This document shows, piece after piece, positions 27,601 through 41,700 of a DNA stretch of 64,000 nucleotides. Both the position numbers and the translations under genes were made by a program. The notes below the pieces were generated by a model. That model worked only from the letters and a program-made list of their open reading frames with translations, ran no database searches and was not told the origin of the DNA. The stretch's first letter is position 1, and each line of letters opens with the position of its first letter. Source of the DNA: Bugula neritina (taxonomy: Eukaryota > Animalia > Bryozoa); NCBI GenBank assembly GCA_964035545.1, contig OZ037765.1, forward strand, positions 25,915,504 to 25,979,503. Direction: 5' to 3'.

Positions 27601-30600
27601 ATTTTTTGTAAATTTTATTCAAAAAATTTTGAGAACAAGGCAGAGACAAAATAATAACTATCAATCTGCTTTACTTTTTATGTAAAAACCAACCTTTTAT
27701 GTTTATTTACTGTAATATGTAATAGAGTCTAGACTGAATGATATTAACTTTATACTCGAAAAAGTTTGAAATATAAAATTATATAATTTGAAAGTTTTGT
27801 TTCAAGCTCTTGTTATAATACCTGTATTATAGATGGAAAGCTTACAATGCTACCAAGGGAAATATCAACTGGTCAAAGAACCCTTCACCTTTGAATGTCA
27901 AGGAGACAGATCTCGCGAACACTGGACTCAACGATCCAAACTTGGCTTTTGTCCCATTTTCTTCCCTGGCCTTAAATCCTTCCATCAAAAAAGTTGCTTT
28001 AACATTGCTTATAAAAAATCAAAGAACAAACGCTTCCGGTTAGTGAAATGTGTAATATTTTTAGCTATTCAATGTTGGGAAAAATCAAATAAGGAAATAA
28101 TGTATTGGGTGGTGAAGAGTAGAATTAATGATAGCCTATTAGTGTTGTTTACCAACGTAAAAAAATTCAATTGATTTTTGTGCTCAGAGCAATAGCATAT
28201 TATGATCAAAATTGTAATAATAAATCCAGTTTTATTAAATCTTCAAGTTCTGGTCTAAAAACAGCTTTATTATGATACAGTGAGCTATAAGCCACACTAT
28301 GTTACAACATTTAAAGCAGGCAACTCCTAATTAATTTGGAAATTTGTCAGCTATATACATACCATATAATATCATGTGCAATTTGTGTAATTAGGCAAAC
28401 AATAACAAAAAACACTTTTTGTTTTCTAATCGGTAGCCTTCCCAAATAGTTGAACGTAATAATGTGAACTATGCCAATATGTGCCGTAAAGCTCCTGACT
28501 AAGCTTCTTATAGACAGTACAAATGTGCATCATACATCTTTCAGTAAAATTCTGATTTCAGGGTGGCAAATGTTCTATGTGGAGTTTAACTCTCCGCCTA
28601 TCCCAAAGGAAAATGGCTGCAGTGTATCTCCAGCAAATGGCACAGCTGGAGTAACTGAGTTCAGTGTTTTCTGTGACGACGATGCTTTCATAGATGAAGA
28701 TAGCCCCTTCAAATATGAGTTTTTCTCGTCTTTTACTAAAACTGGTTCTCAGATTCCAATTCATGGGAAGAAAAGTAAGTATGAACCAGAATTATACTCA
28801 CATCGATGTTTATAGTTATGCAGAAAGTGCATTTCCAATATAGGGAACGTTTATATGCTTTTACCTAGTAGAGAAAAAATAAGCTTCAAATTGGAATTCC
28901 TGTAATTTTTGTAATAAAGTAAATTATCACCCTACGTCTTACTCATTGAATATTGTCTTAATCCAACTGTTGGTATATTTAAAAACTCTTTTACCAAACA
29001 AACTAAGTGAAATGGTGACAGAAATTGTCGCACTTTATTGCCAGCTGCATCTCGCCTGTGTTCAGTTCAGGGAAAATGTCTTGCCAATGTGTGTAATCTG
29101 GTTTGAGAATGGAATGAACATATATAAATATATAATTATTATGCGTATCTCTTATTTGTTTCTGTCAGGCACAAGTCTGGAAGCTTTGAATAATTTCCAA
29201 CTACCATTTGGTAAAAAAAATTCGAACTACACAGTGTTTGTGGTGGTGAGGTGTTACGACTTTTATGGCAGCTCATCAGAGCTTTTCATATCAGTAAGAG
29301 TGATCCCGGAGAATAAGCCATTAGATGGGGTGAGTTGTCCTACACACATATGTAGAGCTTTAGCTATTTATTACAGAACTAAGTGCACAAGTTTCTGTTT
29401 CTGTAAAACCTCACCCATTACAATGTTAACCAACTCCATTGTCTAAAGAGCCATTTTAACAAGTTCTAGTATCTTATATTGATATATTTATTCTAAAACC
29501 TAATGCAATCTCGCTATTTAATATGTACCCTGACACTCTTTGTGTAAAACAATAATTATAATACAACTGAAAAATCAGGTTTGCATGCTCCAAGTTTTTG
29601 TAATGAGAAATATTTAATTTATTTTGTAAAACGCGGTTTCAGCTTGTGGAAGATGTGAGCAATCAACTTGATGACATGAGTCTACTGTTAGAGAGTGGTC
29701 AGACTGATGCAGTGTTCGGTAAATTAATGCTCATCACAACAGTTGTTAATGACGTTGATGGCCGCTCACAGCTCGATAGTAAGTTAATAGTTTATAAAGC
29801 AGTATTCATTTATCAGTCACGTTGATTACTTTTTCAGTTGCCGAGTTTAAATTTCCTTTGCAAGTAATAATTAATGTAAAAAACTGTTTTTACTTTTCTT
29901 TATTGTGTTTACTTGTCACTACACAAGATAACACTATTTGGGAAAGTGTGAGTGAATACAGCTGCATATCTTACTCGCCTCAGTATAATATATGAAACAA
30001 ATAATATAAACTATATAATAAATATGAGTATTTCAACTGATGTAGGTAACCATAAGATCTCGTTTCTGTTGTGAACATAATGCTACTGAAATCTTGCAAG
30101 TCTAATTTCAAATGAATAAACTTTAATTTCCGTTGCAATGCATTCTGCTTATTTCTCTTGTTCATTTTATGCAGAAAATTCATATTGCTTAATTTTTGTT
30201 AAATGCTTTCATAAACGCTGTTACTGAAACTCTAAAATACTTTGGATTAAAATGAATTTCTATAATCATGTACTTGCTGCTTAAGATATATGTTTTGTTC
30301 ATTATTTGCTAAATAAATTGCTGGTTTTTGTAGCCATCTTCATGCGCTCTGTAGTTTTGGTCTTGTATCATTTTCCTTCAATTGTCTAGCTTTTATTAAT
30401 AAGTTGACAAAGTCTAATGGGGAGGGTGTAATATGTTCCCTATTAGACTGTTCATGTTTTTTCTGTCTAAGCTATACGTTACTGTTTATTTTTTGTAATA
30501 TATCCACTAAAGTTTTGGTCACATGCATACCAGACTTTCAGCTCATGTTGTAACTTCTTTACCTTGAAGAATCTCTTAAAGAGCTGTATGGCAACAAAAG

Positions 30601-32698
30601 TAGTAAGTTTAAATTCCTGAGGGAAGTTTTGTGAAGTTCTTCCATTTAATCAATATAGTTTGGTGATACCTGCATGTCCACTGGGATGGTAGACTTCTAG
30701 TATTACTAAGAGTGGTTAACTATAATATATGGCACCATACGTGCCCAACTTTAATTTCTCCTTATTCTTTCCTATGTTGAGGGCATGTATGTTGCCATGT
30801 ATAACAAGTTAGAAATAATAAGGCTAGTAAATAACATTTAATGATTTCACTGTTTACTTGACTATTATGATTATACTTGATTTATTCAATACCAAATATG
30901 ATTATGTAAAATGCTTTGTTTTAATAAAGTTCTCTGCACATGAGCTAATTAATGCCATTACAGTTACTATACCTAATCTATTAATACATCCTATATTAAA
31001 AAAAGTTGTTGTTTGGATAAAATATGTTTGAGATGTGCTTGTTTTAGAATCTAGATTCATTTTTGATTGTTAACACTTATAAGCAATTGAAAATGTAGAC
31101 ATGAACTTTTTCAGCTCCTACTAACCACTATTAAAACCTGTTTTGCTGTGTGTCTGCAATATGAACTCATTGTACATCACATTAATTGCTTTAGTTAGCA
31201 TTTAGCTTATATTATGCTTAAACACACCACCTGTGCCACTCACAAGTTTGTATATACTTCTTAAACTATATACTCATGTACATCTTGTCATTTTAAAAAC
31301 TATATAATAACTATTCTATATAATAACTACATATATACACTGTTTCCATGGCTTTTTCGAATGGATGAATTTGTGGTTGTGGTTTGCATGAACTTATGGT
31401 TTAGTTTGATGCAACTGTTTCCAAACATCTAATGAAACATTCATTAGAATAATAATCACAATAAAGCAAAGCTTGGAAGTGTAGTGATAGTCGTAATATC
31501 TTGAAGATGGTTTAAAACTTGAGTTATATCTACAGGTGCCGCTGATTCCAGCAATGAAGAAGCTGTCACAATCTCCCCAGAAGAACAAGAAAAACTAACA
31601 CAACAAAAACAAGAGGTAAATATTATCCTATAGTCCTTGCAATCAGATGCTTTTCTATTCACTATTTTATTAGTTTGTATTTGCAGCTGCTATGTAAATT
31701 TTATTTTGATATCATTCATGTGATTGATGTCAAATACTATATTTAGAGTTGTATAATTTATAATGATAATAAGATAATAATTAATATGAACTAAAAACGA
31801 AAAAAATAACATACCTTGTTTCAAACTCTGCTAACAGCATATTATTTTCTTTACCTTATTTTATTTGTTACATTATTCTCAATGTATTTTCTTGCTTGAT
31901 ATTTTGCCTATACTTTGCAAAACTTTAAATTATGTGTAGATAATTTAAATGATAATTTACTTCCTTTCAGAGAACCGAAAATGAAACTGGAGTGGTGTGT
32001 TGTTAGTCACTAAAGAATTATGTGACAAATTGTATTAATATTAGATTGTGCTATGTATTTCATATGGCTATGGTTTGGTACTATGCATATTAAATGTTTG
32101 CAGAAGAGTGTGTTGCTACTAATGAACTTATATGTTGTCATATTGGGTATGTTTGCTGGTGTTTATTTAGTGCCCTGCAAATAAAAGTAAGAAAAGTAGC
32201 GCTTTAAAAGTATTTTGTTAGGAATAATGTTTGCTTTAAATTTCTAACACTAAAGAGTTCTCCAGGTAAGTGAACAAGTTGTGTATGTGTGTATGTGTCT
32301 GCATGTGTATGGTTTTTGAGAATATAACACAGTGTTGACATTATTAGCTTTTTCTAACCAAAGCTTTATACAGAATTTGGTAAAAATATCTTGCATTACA
32401 TTATTATTTTTATAAATTATTTTCCATTTCAAATATTAGCTCGTAGTCTAGCATCATGCATTACTAGCATCAATTAGCAAGTTGAAATTACTCATATCAG
32501 CCATGTTGAAGGGAAACTTGTCTGGATTATCACTTGTGTGTTATATGTAGTTGAAAACTAATGGAATCAAACTGGTTGCAAACACTTTCCCTGTTTCTGG
32601 GACAGAAGATATGATCAAAGTGGCACTCCTCATTGGGGGATTCACCCAGGTGTCCGGAGAGGTATAGCTACACTATATCATGAATATTTTCTTTTTGG

Positions 32699-32771
<73 letters not shown>

Positions 32772-35700
32772 ATATATATATGTGCGTGCGAGCGTGTGTA
32801 TGTATGTATGTATGTATGTATATGTATAATGTATATATGCTTTTTGTTAGAAAGGACTGAGAATATAGATTTTTGTTATGTATAGTTTACTAAAGTTTTA
32901 CTATTTTTATATTTTGTGTGGAGTAATTAAAGTAATGATGCTATGTTATGCTCTAAAATCTAAATAAACTATTACTTTTTTGTTGACAGTTGTGAGATGA
33001 ATATTTGAAGTATTGTTCGTCTATTTTTACACTAACCATGTTGTTTATGTTATTTCAGCTAAACTTTAGTGTGTTGATAGGTGTCTGATGAGGGTTTAGT
33101 AATGTCGACCAACAAAGTAGAGGATGTGGTCAATAAACTGGCTACTGATGCTGAGAATTTAGAGTATGCTGATTTGCTAGATGTAGTTAAGAACTCTCTT
33201 CCAGTTGTAGGTATTGTGTCATTATATATAATCTATAGTTATGATATTTAGAGAAAGTATGGCCATATGCAAAATTCAGTATATTAACATGTGTATACTC
33301 AGAACACTCTTAAACAATACTAAAAAAGCTATATATTGTTACTCTCATATTTTATGAAGACTACAGAGGTGTTGATTTTATTTTTAAATTTTTTAATTAT
33401 AGTAATTGACTATACATATCGATAGTTTTGGCAGAACTTGTCCAACTGTTGGAATAGTAGTGATGATGTAATAATGGCATTGTTTTAGGAAACCTAATGG
33501 CATGTTCGAACACAATCGCTACAAAAGCTTACCAGGAAGGTGTAAGTAAACAGCTAATCCTATCTTTATTTATCTTTCAAAAACCTTGCTATACAAATTT
33601 GCTGGCATCAACAGTACTACTATCTCACAATATTCAAGGTCACGGCTTTTTTTATTTTAGTAGTCACTCGTAGTTGACAAGTTCTGCTTAGTTTGATTTT
33701 TATGTAACAGTTTTTAAATGAAATGAATAATTAATTTTAAACTAAAGGCTCAATGTATGAAAAATTAAGCACTACACTTATATTATCATATTATAGCTAA
33801 CAATATATTGAGCAATGTGCTTATATTATATTATTATGGCTCACAAAAATGTGCATACTCAGTGCTATTGCAATGCGTGTATTAGAAACATGCTTGATTC
33901 TCTTTAACTAACATTTACTTTTTAGCAAGAAGAAAATATCAGGAAAAAACGTTCTACTAGTGTTGTAAGAGATACTTTATGTTAGAAGTGTTTGTTAGAA
34001 TATTCATTTGTTTGTTTTTCTGTTTCTGTCATATAGAGAGTCTATGATTTATGAAACATGTGTTTGCTGAGTGTAGTCTAAACCTACATCTAATCTTTCA
34101 TAACTTGCCTAATAACACCAATGATAAATTAAATTCTTACCATAGAAAAGCTGTAAAATTGTATGGAATTTGTTATAATTTAAACTTAATCATGGGTTTC
34201 CTTTTTATATTTCTTTCTATTTGACTAGCATTTCTTTGTTATTCGTTTACCTTAAGATGTTGGGGTTTAGTTGAACTATTGAAACCATTTATTTTATCTA
34301 CTCAATTATTGTTTATTGCTTTATATGATTGTATTCATTTTACAGAGAGCTGCGGTAAGCATTTTTTAACTATTCAAGTTTTATATTTACGTTGGTTTTA
34401 TAGTTAATATTTTCCATTTTTTACCTTCTTCAACTTACTTTTACATCAATACTACAGATAAAGTGATTTGTGATTCCTAATTTACTGTGTATAGTATTGT
34501 GCTTCCTTCAGTACATTTTCTTCAGTTCTAAGCAATTGTAGACTGTCACTTAATTAAATTTGAATTCTTTTTTCTAATATATCATTATACTTTGCTTTGT
34601 TTGCTGTCACTTATTATTTCTACTTGATAGTATTTTAGCATATGTATTCTAGAATGAGGGCACTGGTGGATCCATGGTAATACTTGATAAAATTTCTCAA
34701 ATTCTGAGCACAACAGTCGTTGAGGGGGAAACTCCAGACCAAAAGAGTTCAGAAAAATTGTCCCTGTCAGTTTCTAAATCTGTAGGTGATCAAGTTTCAG
34801 GTAAGTGAAGTAAATGCAACTTTTGTTTTGATACTTGGGTTTAAAGCATGATCATTTTCCATAAGCTGACGAATGTTCAGCAAAACGGTCATGTGGCTTT
34901 AACCCTATTTTCAGTTTTGTTTGTGCATTTGAGTAACTTTTCATTTATATCAAGTGTACTGATTAACCTGACTGCATATTCAGATGCATGCACAATTTTT
35001 TCACTGCTGATGATAGTTTTAGCTTCAATTCAGGAGTAAATATAATTTTAAGTTGTAGCTATTTCATTGCCATTTGTTTAAAAATTTTTATCTTTGCAGA
35101 TTCTCTGGGTACGTCTGATGGTGTTTCCATGAAGCTAACGTCTGCCAGCACAGCTCTGGGCTTATCTGGTAATGATTCTGTGAATACAGTGGTAAGGATG
35201 CAAATCTTAAACATTACGCAGTACAAATAAACAATATTTAGCTATATTTTCAAAAATTAAGTATTTAACTACATTGTAACTCTGCAATCATATATAACAC
35301 TGTTTTGTAAAATGTGGTAAATATAACTGTAAATAAAACTGGTTTGATATGCTTTTCTCTTGAGTATATGTCTGATTGTCTATTTGTAGATTTCGTCTTT
35401 TACTAACCCTTTTTTTACTCCCACTGATCTGGCAAATACAACCAAATCAAATACCGTTCGCCTCTTGTTTAAAGATGAAAATGGCACTGCACTTCAACCT
35501 GGTAAGAAAATTGTTTTTTCCTGGTCTCTAACAACATGTGTCTGATGTTGTGGTATATACTTTTTACGGCTCACTTCTTTGTTGTGCAGATGCCGTGAAC
35601 TCATCATTTGCCAACAATCTCTTTATTCCAATTGCTGACCCACAGCCACCAAAGCTAGTTATTGGGACTGCAGGATCTGGGAGTTTGGGCACAATACGGA

Positions 35701-38700
35701 AGGTTAAATTACAAACTTTCTTTATCTACTATCTAGATGCCAATTGAGGAATTGTAGCTCAAGTAGATATAGCTGCTGCACAGGGTTAATAAGCATCTGC
35801 ACTAGATTTTTTATACCAATCTGACTGGGGAGTTTAATAAAACCTTGAACAATTAGACTTTTTTGTGTATTTCGGCTTGGTCGAGGTTGATCTGCATGTT
35901 TTTCCTTTCTCAGTATTAGACAAAATGTGTTTTATTTAGATCACTCTTTCTGCTGGAAAATCTCTAAGCTTACAAATTTCACCGTTCTTGGCTAAAGTAG
36001 ACAACACAGCTGCCAATACAAGCTCCAATCTATCTTCACCTACTCCTCAAACAACTACTACTCCAACAACCATTCCAGAAACAACAACCATTGCTACAGC
36101 CAATACATCCATCACACAAAACTCATCTTCTACCAATTCCCAAGGTGACTCTCTTTTTTCTTCAATTTCAATATTATATAAAAGTTTATCGGTGTCTAAT
36201 AATGTTGACAGTGTAATATAAATATAGTGGAATAATATAAAACATATAATATAAATAAATTTGGTTAAAGCATTTTATTTGATCACAACAACATAGTAAT
36301 TCTTATGTTTTGTAACTTGCAAGACGTGCCTGTTGGTGTTGATACAGGTGACTCAGAAGATGATTCTTCTATACCACTCGAAGTGTACTTGAAAATAGGC
36401 GAACAAGTTACAATCAACAATTACGATTATAAACTCACATTGCCTATGGATGGTAAGATATTTAGAATGTTTTGATTTGAGTTTTCATATGAATAATTTT
36501 GTGAAGAATTACTATCTAGAGTCCTAATTTTTTACTTATCATTGTGGAGAAAATATGTAGACGTTTAGTCTTCTTTCATTATAGAAGAAAGTTTTTAATA
36601 TCAAGCCATTGTGTTGCATTTTCGCAAACAGAGGTTGGCCTAAGTCATGTCATGTCATGTTAATTTATATGAAATTGCTAGGCTTTACTCATCGTCTTTG
36701 CTTACATGGCTGAAATATTAAATTAAAGTTGAATTGACTTGATTTGAAGCTTTGATTTGCTGCAAAAATCTGATTTTATTTCATTTAAGTTTTGTATAAC
36801 TTATAATCAAATTAATTTGCCCAGCTGAAACAATTCGAAACCATTTAAAGTTTGTCAAGTAATCACCAATTATTTCTAGTTTCATCAAACTGCTGTAATG
36901 GGTAATAAATTGCTGTTTTTTTCTTATTGTATGTCACCATTTCTAAATAATTTAAAGTTTAAGAATATTTTGAGCTTGAGTGATAAATTTATTCTTTATT
37001 CGTTTAATATTGAAGACATGTAATTTTTTATTGGTTTATGATATCTGCATGCTGCGTAGGGAGCAGCCGTGGTCTAGGGGTTAAAGCATTTGTCTAGTAA
37101 ACACGAGGTCCTGGGTTCGAGCCCGGACAAAGGTCATTGGTGATGTTAGAAAGAGCATTCAGTCATAATTGCTCCTGTGCCTCATTTAAAATAAGTCCTT
37201 AGCCCACTTTAACAAAAACTCTTTCCTTCAGTGGTTTCTCACAGGGATCGTGACTATAAACTTTCGTGAGTGATATCTGCGTGCTGCGTGTGTTTGTACA
37301 TATCCTTCTTTTAACTTTTATGACAGCTTAAATTATAAAATGTCTGCGTTGATTGTTTACAGAAGAAAACACTGCTCTGTACACTTCATATAGTGCTCAA
37401 GGCTCAACTAAAACTTATTTACCTCCAAAAATTGATATGAGTCAGCTAAAAGACAACACCTGCTTTCTGTCTGACAAGGTGTTGGCTTTGTAAGTAATGA
37501 TTTTGCTAACACAGGCTACCTAAACCTTTATTTCTATTTCAAAGTATTTCAACTTTTTTTAAGTAGAAAGTTTCTAAACTGTGTAGCTGTTCTCATCAAT
37601 TTGTTAGCATCTACCAACATTACATTTTCTCAAGTTGTAGCAATTAGGAGTAAGCTTCGCAGCATCTTCTTGTGCCGTAATTCATTTGTTATATGTGTGT
37701 GTTGCTTATAGGGATAAAACAACAGATGTTTTTGTTGCTGTTCGACATGTTGATGTTTCAAGCAACTCATCAACAAGCAACTCTTCAAGGAGCAAAAGAT
37801 CTACTGCTGACCCAGATGCTGGTGATTACATGGTGAATTACACCATGAGCATTATTTCATCACAGTGTCGCTTTTGGGACCCTAATATTAATGATTGGAG
37901 CACCGAAGGCTTAGAGGTGAGGACATGAGGAATTTGTAGACATATAGCAGATAATATTTAATGTGCTGGGAGCTTTTAGTCATGAGTCATGGTCATGAGT
38001 TCGTACCCCAGTAAGGGCCATTGGTAATGTTAGGAAGAGCATCCGCTCTTATGTCACATACAAAAATTTCTTAGCCTGCTTCGATATAAAAATACTTTTC
38101 TATCAGGGGTTTCTCACAGGAATAATGACAATTAACTTGAATGAGTTCTTTTAAGTAAATTTATATAAAATTAAAACTTTTTTTAATTTATACATTTGAA
38201 TTTTTGCTTTTTTAGAAATACTTTAAATTAGTATTATTTTACTGTTGAACATTATAAATAAGGTTGGACCACTCACAGACAGTACAACAACACATTGTAT
38301 TAGTACAATACTGTCAGTGAGTCAGAAACAGGAGCAAACAACTCTACCAGTACTTTCAACTACCACACCTGCCATTCAGTACACCAGCTCAAAGAAGTAT
38401 AATCCGTTTGGAGGTAATGTCAGAGTTCAAAGCTTTTTAACACTTCTAATTAGCCCTCTTTCTACTTACTAAATACTCACTTAAAATACTCTCTAGCACA
38501 CACTCACATTATTCATGTCATGTTAAATCTACTGCGATTGGTAGTTAATGAGAATTTTGCAATTTGAAAACTGAACATGCAAAACCAATAAATATATGTT
38601 AGTCATTAACTTTTTCATCTCGCCATGTAATTGCTTTGTGTACAGATAATATTGAATAATGGCTAAAATAATGGGAATAAGAGTAATTCTTACACGAACT

Positions 38701-41700
38701 CATGCTGTAGCCTTTTAAAAATTTATCAATGTATGCCCAAGAATATCTAAACTTTAATTGTTTTTTTGTTATTTTATTTTTGTAGTTACACGTACAGTAC
38801 ATGCAAGGGTTCTTTTTTTGTTGAAATAGGTGTAATATGAGCTTAGATTTATAAACAATGTTTGTTATTGATGCTGAACATTAAGATTGCTAGATTTAGT
38901 ACCACATGATTTAATTATCAAACAAGTTTAACTATGGTAATAATCATATTGTAGTATTTTTCTAGTGTACTGGCGTGTTTGTTGAACTAAAAGAATAATT
39001 TGTTTTGGTAATTTAAAGAGTAATATTTGAGTGTATTTTATAGGTATAAGCTTTAGTGCCAGCTTTGAGAATCCTTTCAATGCATTTGATCCTTTGGACA
39101 CATCCGGGTGGTCAAACCTGAGCGAAAATCCTCTCATATTTTCTGTGATGATTTCCCTCTGGAGTCTCTATTTGTGTTGTCTGATATGGGCTCGCAGGTG
39201 GGATTTGAAAGACGAAGTTATGGTGAGTGAATTTGTATTGCGTTCAATGTATCACTGATTTTCTACCTCTTAGCACTACAACCAATAACTTTAGAAATTT
39301 TGGCTAACATTAGATTCATCAATATTTCAATTCAAATTTTGACTATAGTCAAAACATTTTGTAAAATCACAATTTTCTCAGACAAGCATTTTAGTGAGTT
39401 TCATTGTTACTAAGTAATTGATTTTTAAAGATGATTTCTATAATTATAATATATAAATGCTTCTCCACATTTCTTATTATTAGGCGGGTGCTTCACCGTT
39501 GCTTGACAATGACCCCAGTGACTCCTACTTGTATGAACTGACCGTGTTTACTAGCAGCAAAAGAGGGGCCGGAACAACCGCCAAGGTAACCTGACTAAAC
39601 CTAAATTAATCACAGTCTGGTACTTATACATTTAACAAAAATTGTTTGCAGGCTTGTAAAAATGTATTAAATATCTAATCATTTTAATTGTTTTTAGACC
39701 TGATTTTATCACAATTTAGTTGTTAGTATTTTTAGTCATTCTTGTTTGAAACTTAGTTTTGAATTTAGACCTACATATGATAATTTTCAATTCGAAATGT
39801 TATCAAGTAGTAAAATAGAGTAAAGCCACCAGGTCGACTTATAATTAAGTCGCTATTAAATGTACTTGAAACACCTGTCACAGGTGTCCATGATCTTTGC
39901 TGGACTGGATGAGGAGACTGCACCAAGACTTATATTTGATGACAAGAGGCCTGTGTTGCAATCTGGTGGTATCGATTCTTTTCTCATGTCTGTTCCCAGA
40001 CATCTTGGCCCACTTAACCACATCAGGTACACTGACCATATATTGGTTAAAAAATACTCTTCTACATGTTGAGTTAAAGAAAAATGCATAAAATTGTTAT
40101 CACTATTATACAGCAAATACCTAATTTAAATTAATTTCTAGTGGTTCATGTAATCATAGTTTATCAATAGCTGTTGCGTATTATCTTTGTTGGTAGCACG
40201 TTTATGTAGAGATAAGTCTATATTGTTAATTAAAAACTTTTGATTTCTGCAATGTTGATATTTTGGCGCCATAAGTTACAAAATCTTCAACTAGGTAATC
40301 TTCTATATATCAGTAAATTCCTGTGACGTAAACAAAACTCTGCACTTATTTGGTAGAGTTTGGCATGACAACTCCGGTAAGAACCCAAGCTGGCACTTTG
40401 CATACATGTGTGTAGTGGATCTGATAACAAAAGATAAATACTACTTTGTGTGTGACAGCTGGTTGTCTGTGGGAGACGGAGATGGAGCCGTATGTATATT
40501 AAATGTTACATTTATATCATCTTGTGGTTTACTCCAACACTCATATTCAATGCCAATAAAAATATTTAATAAATATATGTTTTGCTCCTTTTTATCTCTT
40601 TTCAACAAAATATTCATGAATTTATGTTTTGAACACAGACCAGTAGCATACAAAACTCCAAGTTGCATATAATAGTATACTTTCATATTTTAAAACACTA
40701 AGCAGGCGTCTCTCATCAAGCATTTTGGCCAGCAAATTTTATTTCATTTATTTCATTTATAATTTGATTGTCTCTATGCCAAAAACCTGTACAAATTTAA
40801 CCTTATTTTGGAATCTAGTGTTTTGGATATTTTTTATAGTGACTATATATTTTTATGTCAGCACAGTATTATCTCGTTGCTTGCTAGATCGACAGGATGG
40901 TGCCGATTGCCACACATGAAGACCTTACAAACTTCTCCCATCTGTTCTGGACCAAAGCCAGAAAGGATCTCACGGACAGCCATATTTGGTTCTCAGTGTT
41001 TGGCCGTCCTCCTAAGAGTGTGTTCACCAGAGTGCAGAGAGTAACGTGCTGTCTCACTCTCCTCTTCTGTGGAATGTGTGCCAATATTCTGCTCTACAAA
41101 GAAGGTCTCGCTTCTTCCGGATCTGTGAACAGTTTTAAGGTTGATACTTAGCTTTTGGTAGATTCATTTATTAGATGCATAAGCAAAAAGTTAGCAGCGC
41201 TATGTTTTTTTAAAAAATACCTAAATGACCTACTTAGCAATAATTTTATATTAGGGAAAAACTTCATATTAACTGATTCTGGCCTACACAACTTTTTGCA
41301 TGTTGCAAAGATACATTGTACAAAGTTTGGAGACAAAAAAACCTGAAACAGGCATCAAGAAGGTATCATCAACCCTAAACAATGCAGTTATGGAGTACAT
41401 TTGCTCTTTTTTATTTTCTGATGCTCATGTTTTTATGCTAGGTGAGTTGGTCACTTTCAAGCTTTATATAATCAGAACTAGGTTCCTGCAAACCTTTAAA
41501 ACTGCTGTAAGGGATTTTTTGTTGCTTTGAAATTAAAAGTCTATCTAAATTGAAATCAATTGAATCACATTTTTTCATTTGTAGATTGGACCTATTTCAT
41601 TGACGTTGGATGAGATTAAAACCGGCATACTCGGCTCATTGCTTGTGTTTCCTATCAACCTGATAATTGTCTACATCTTCAGAAACTCCAAACACCGACA

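Noticed and set aside
27833-28174. ORF MESLQCYQ... as an independent protein
   Set aside because: Wrong frame of a REJ exon (27833-28038), which reads WKAYNATKGNINW... in phase with its neighbours.
37058-37135. Functional tRNA-Thr(AGT) gene
   Set aside because: The acceptor stem does not pair well. It continues into a body shared with a second copy and is flanked by a TSD, so it is a SINE head.
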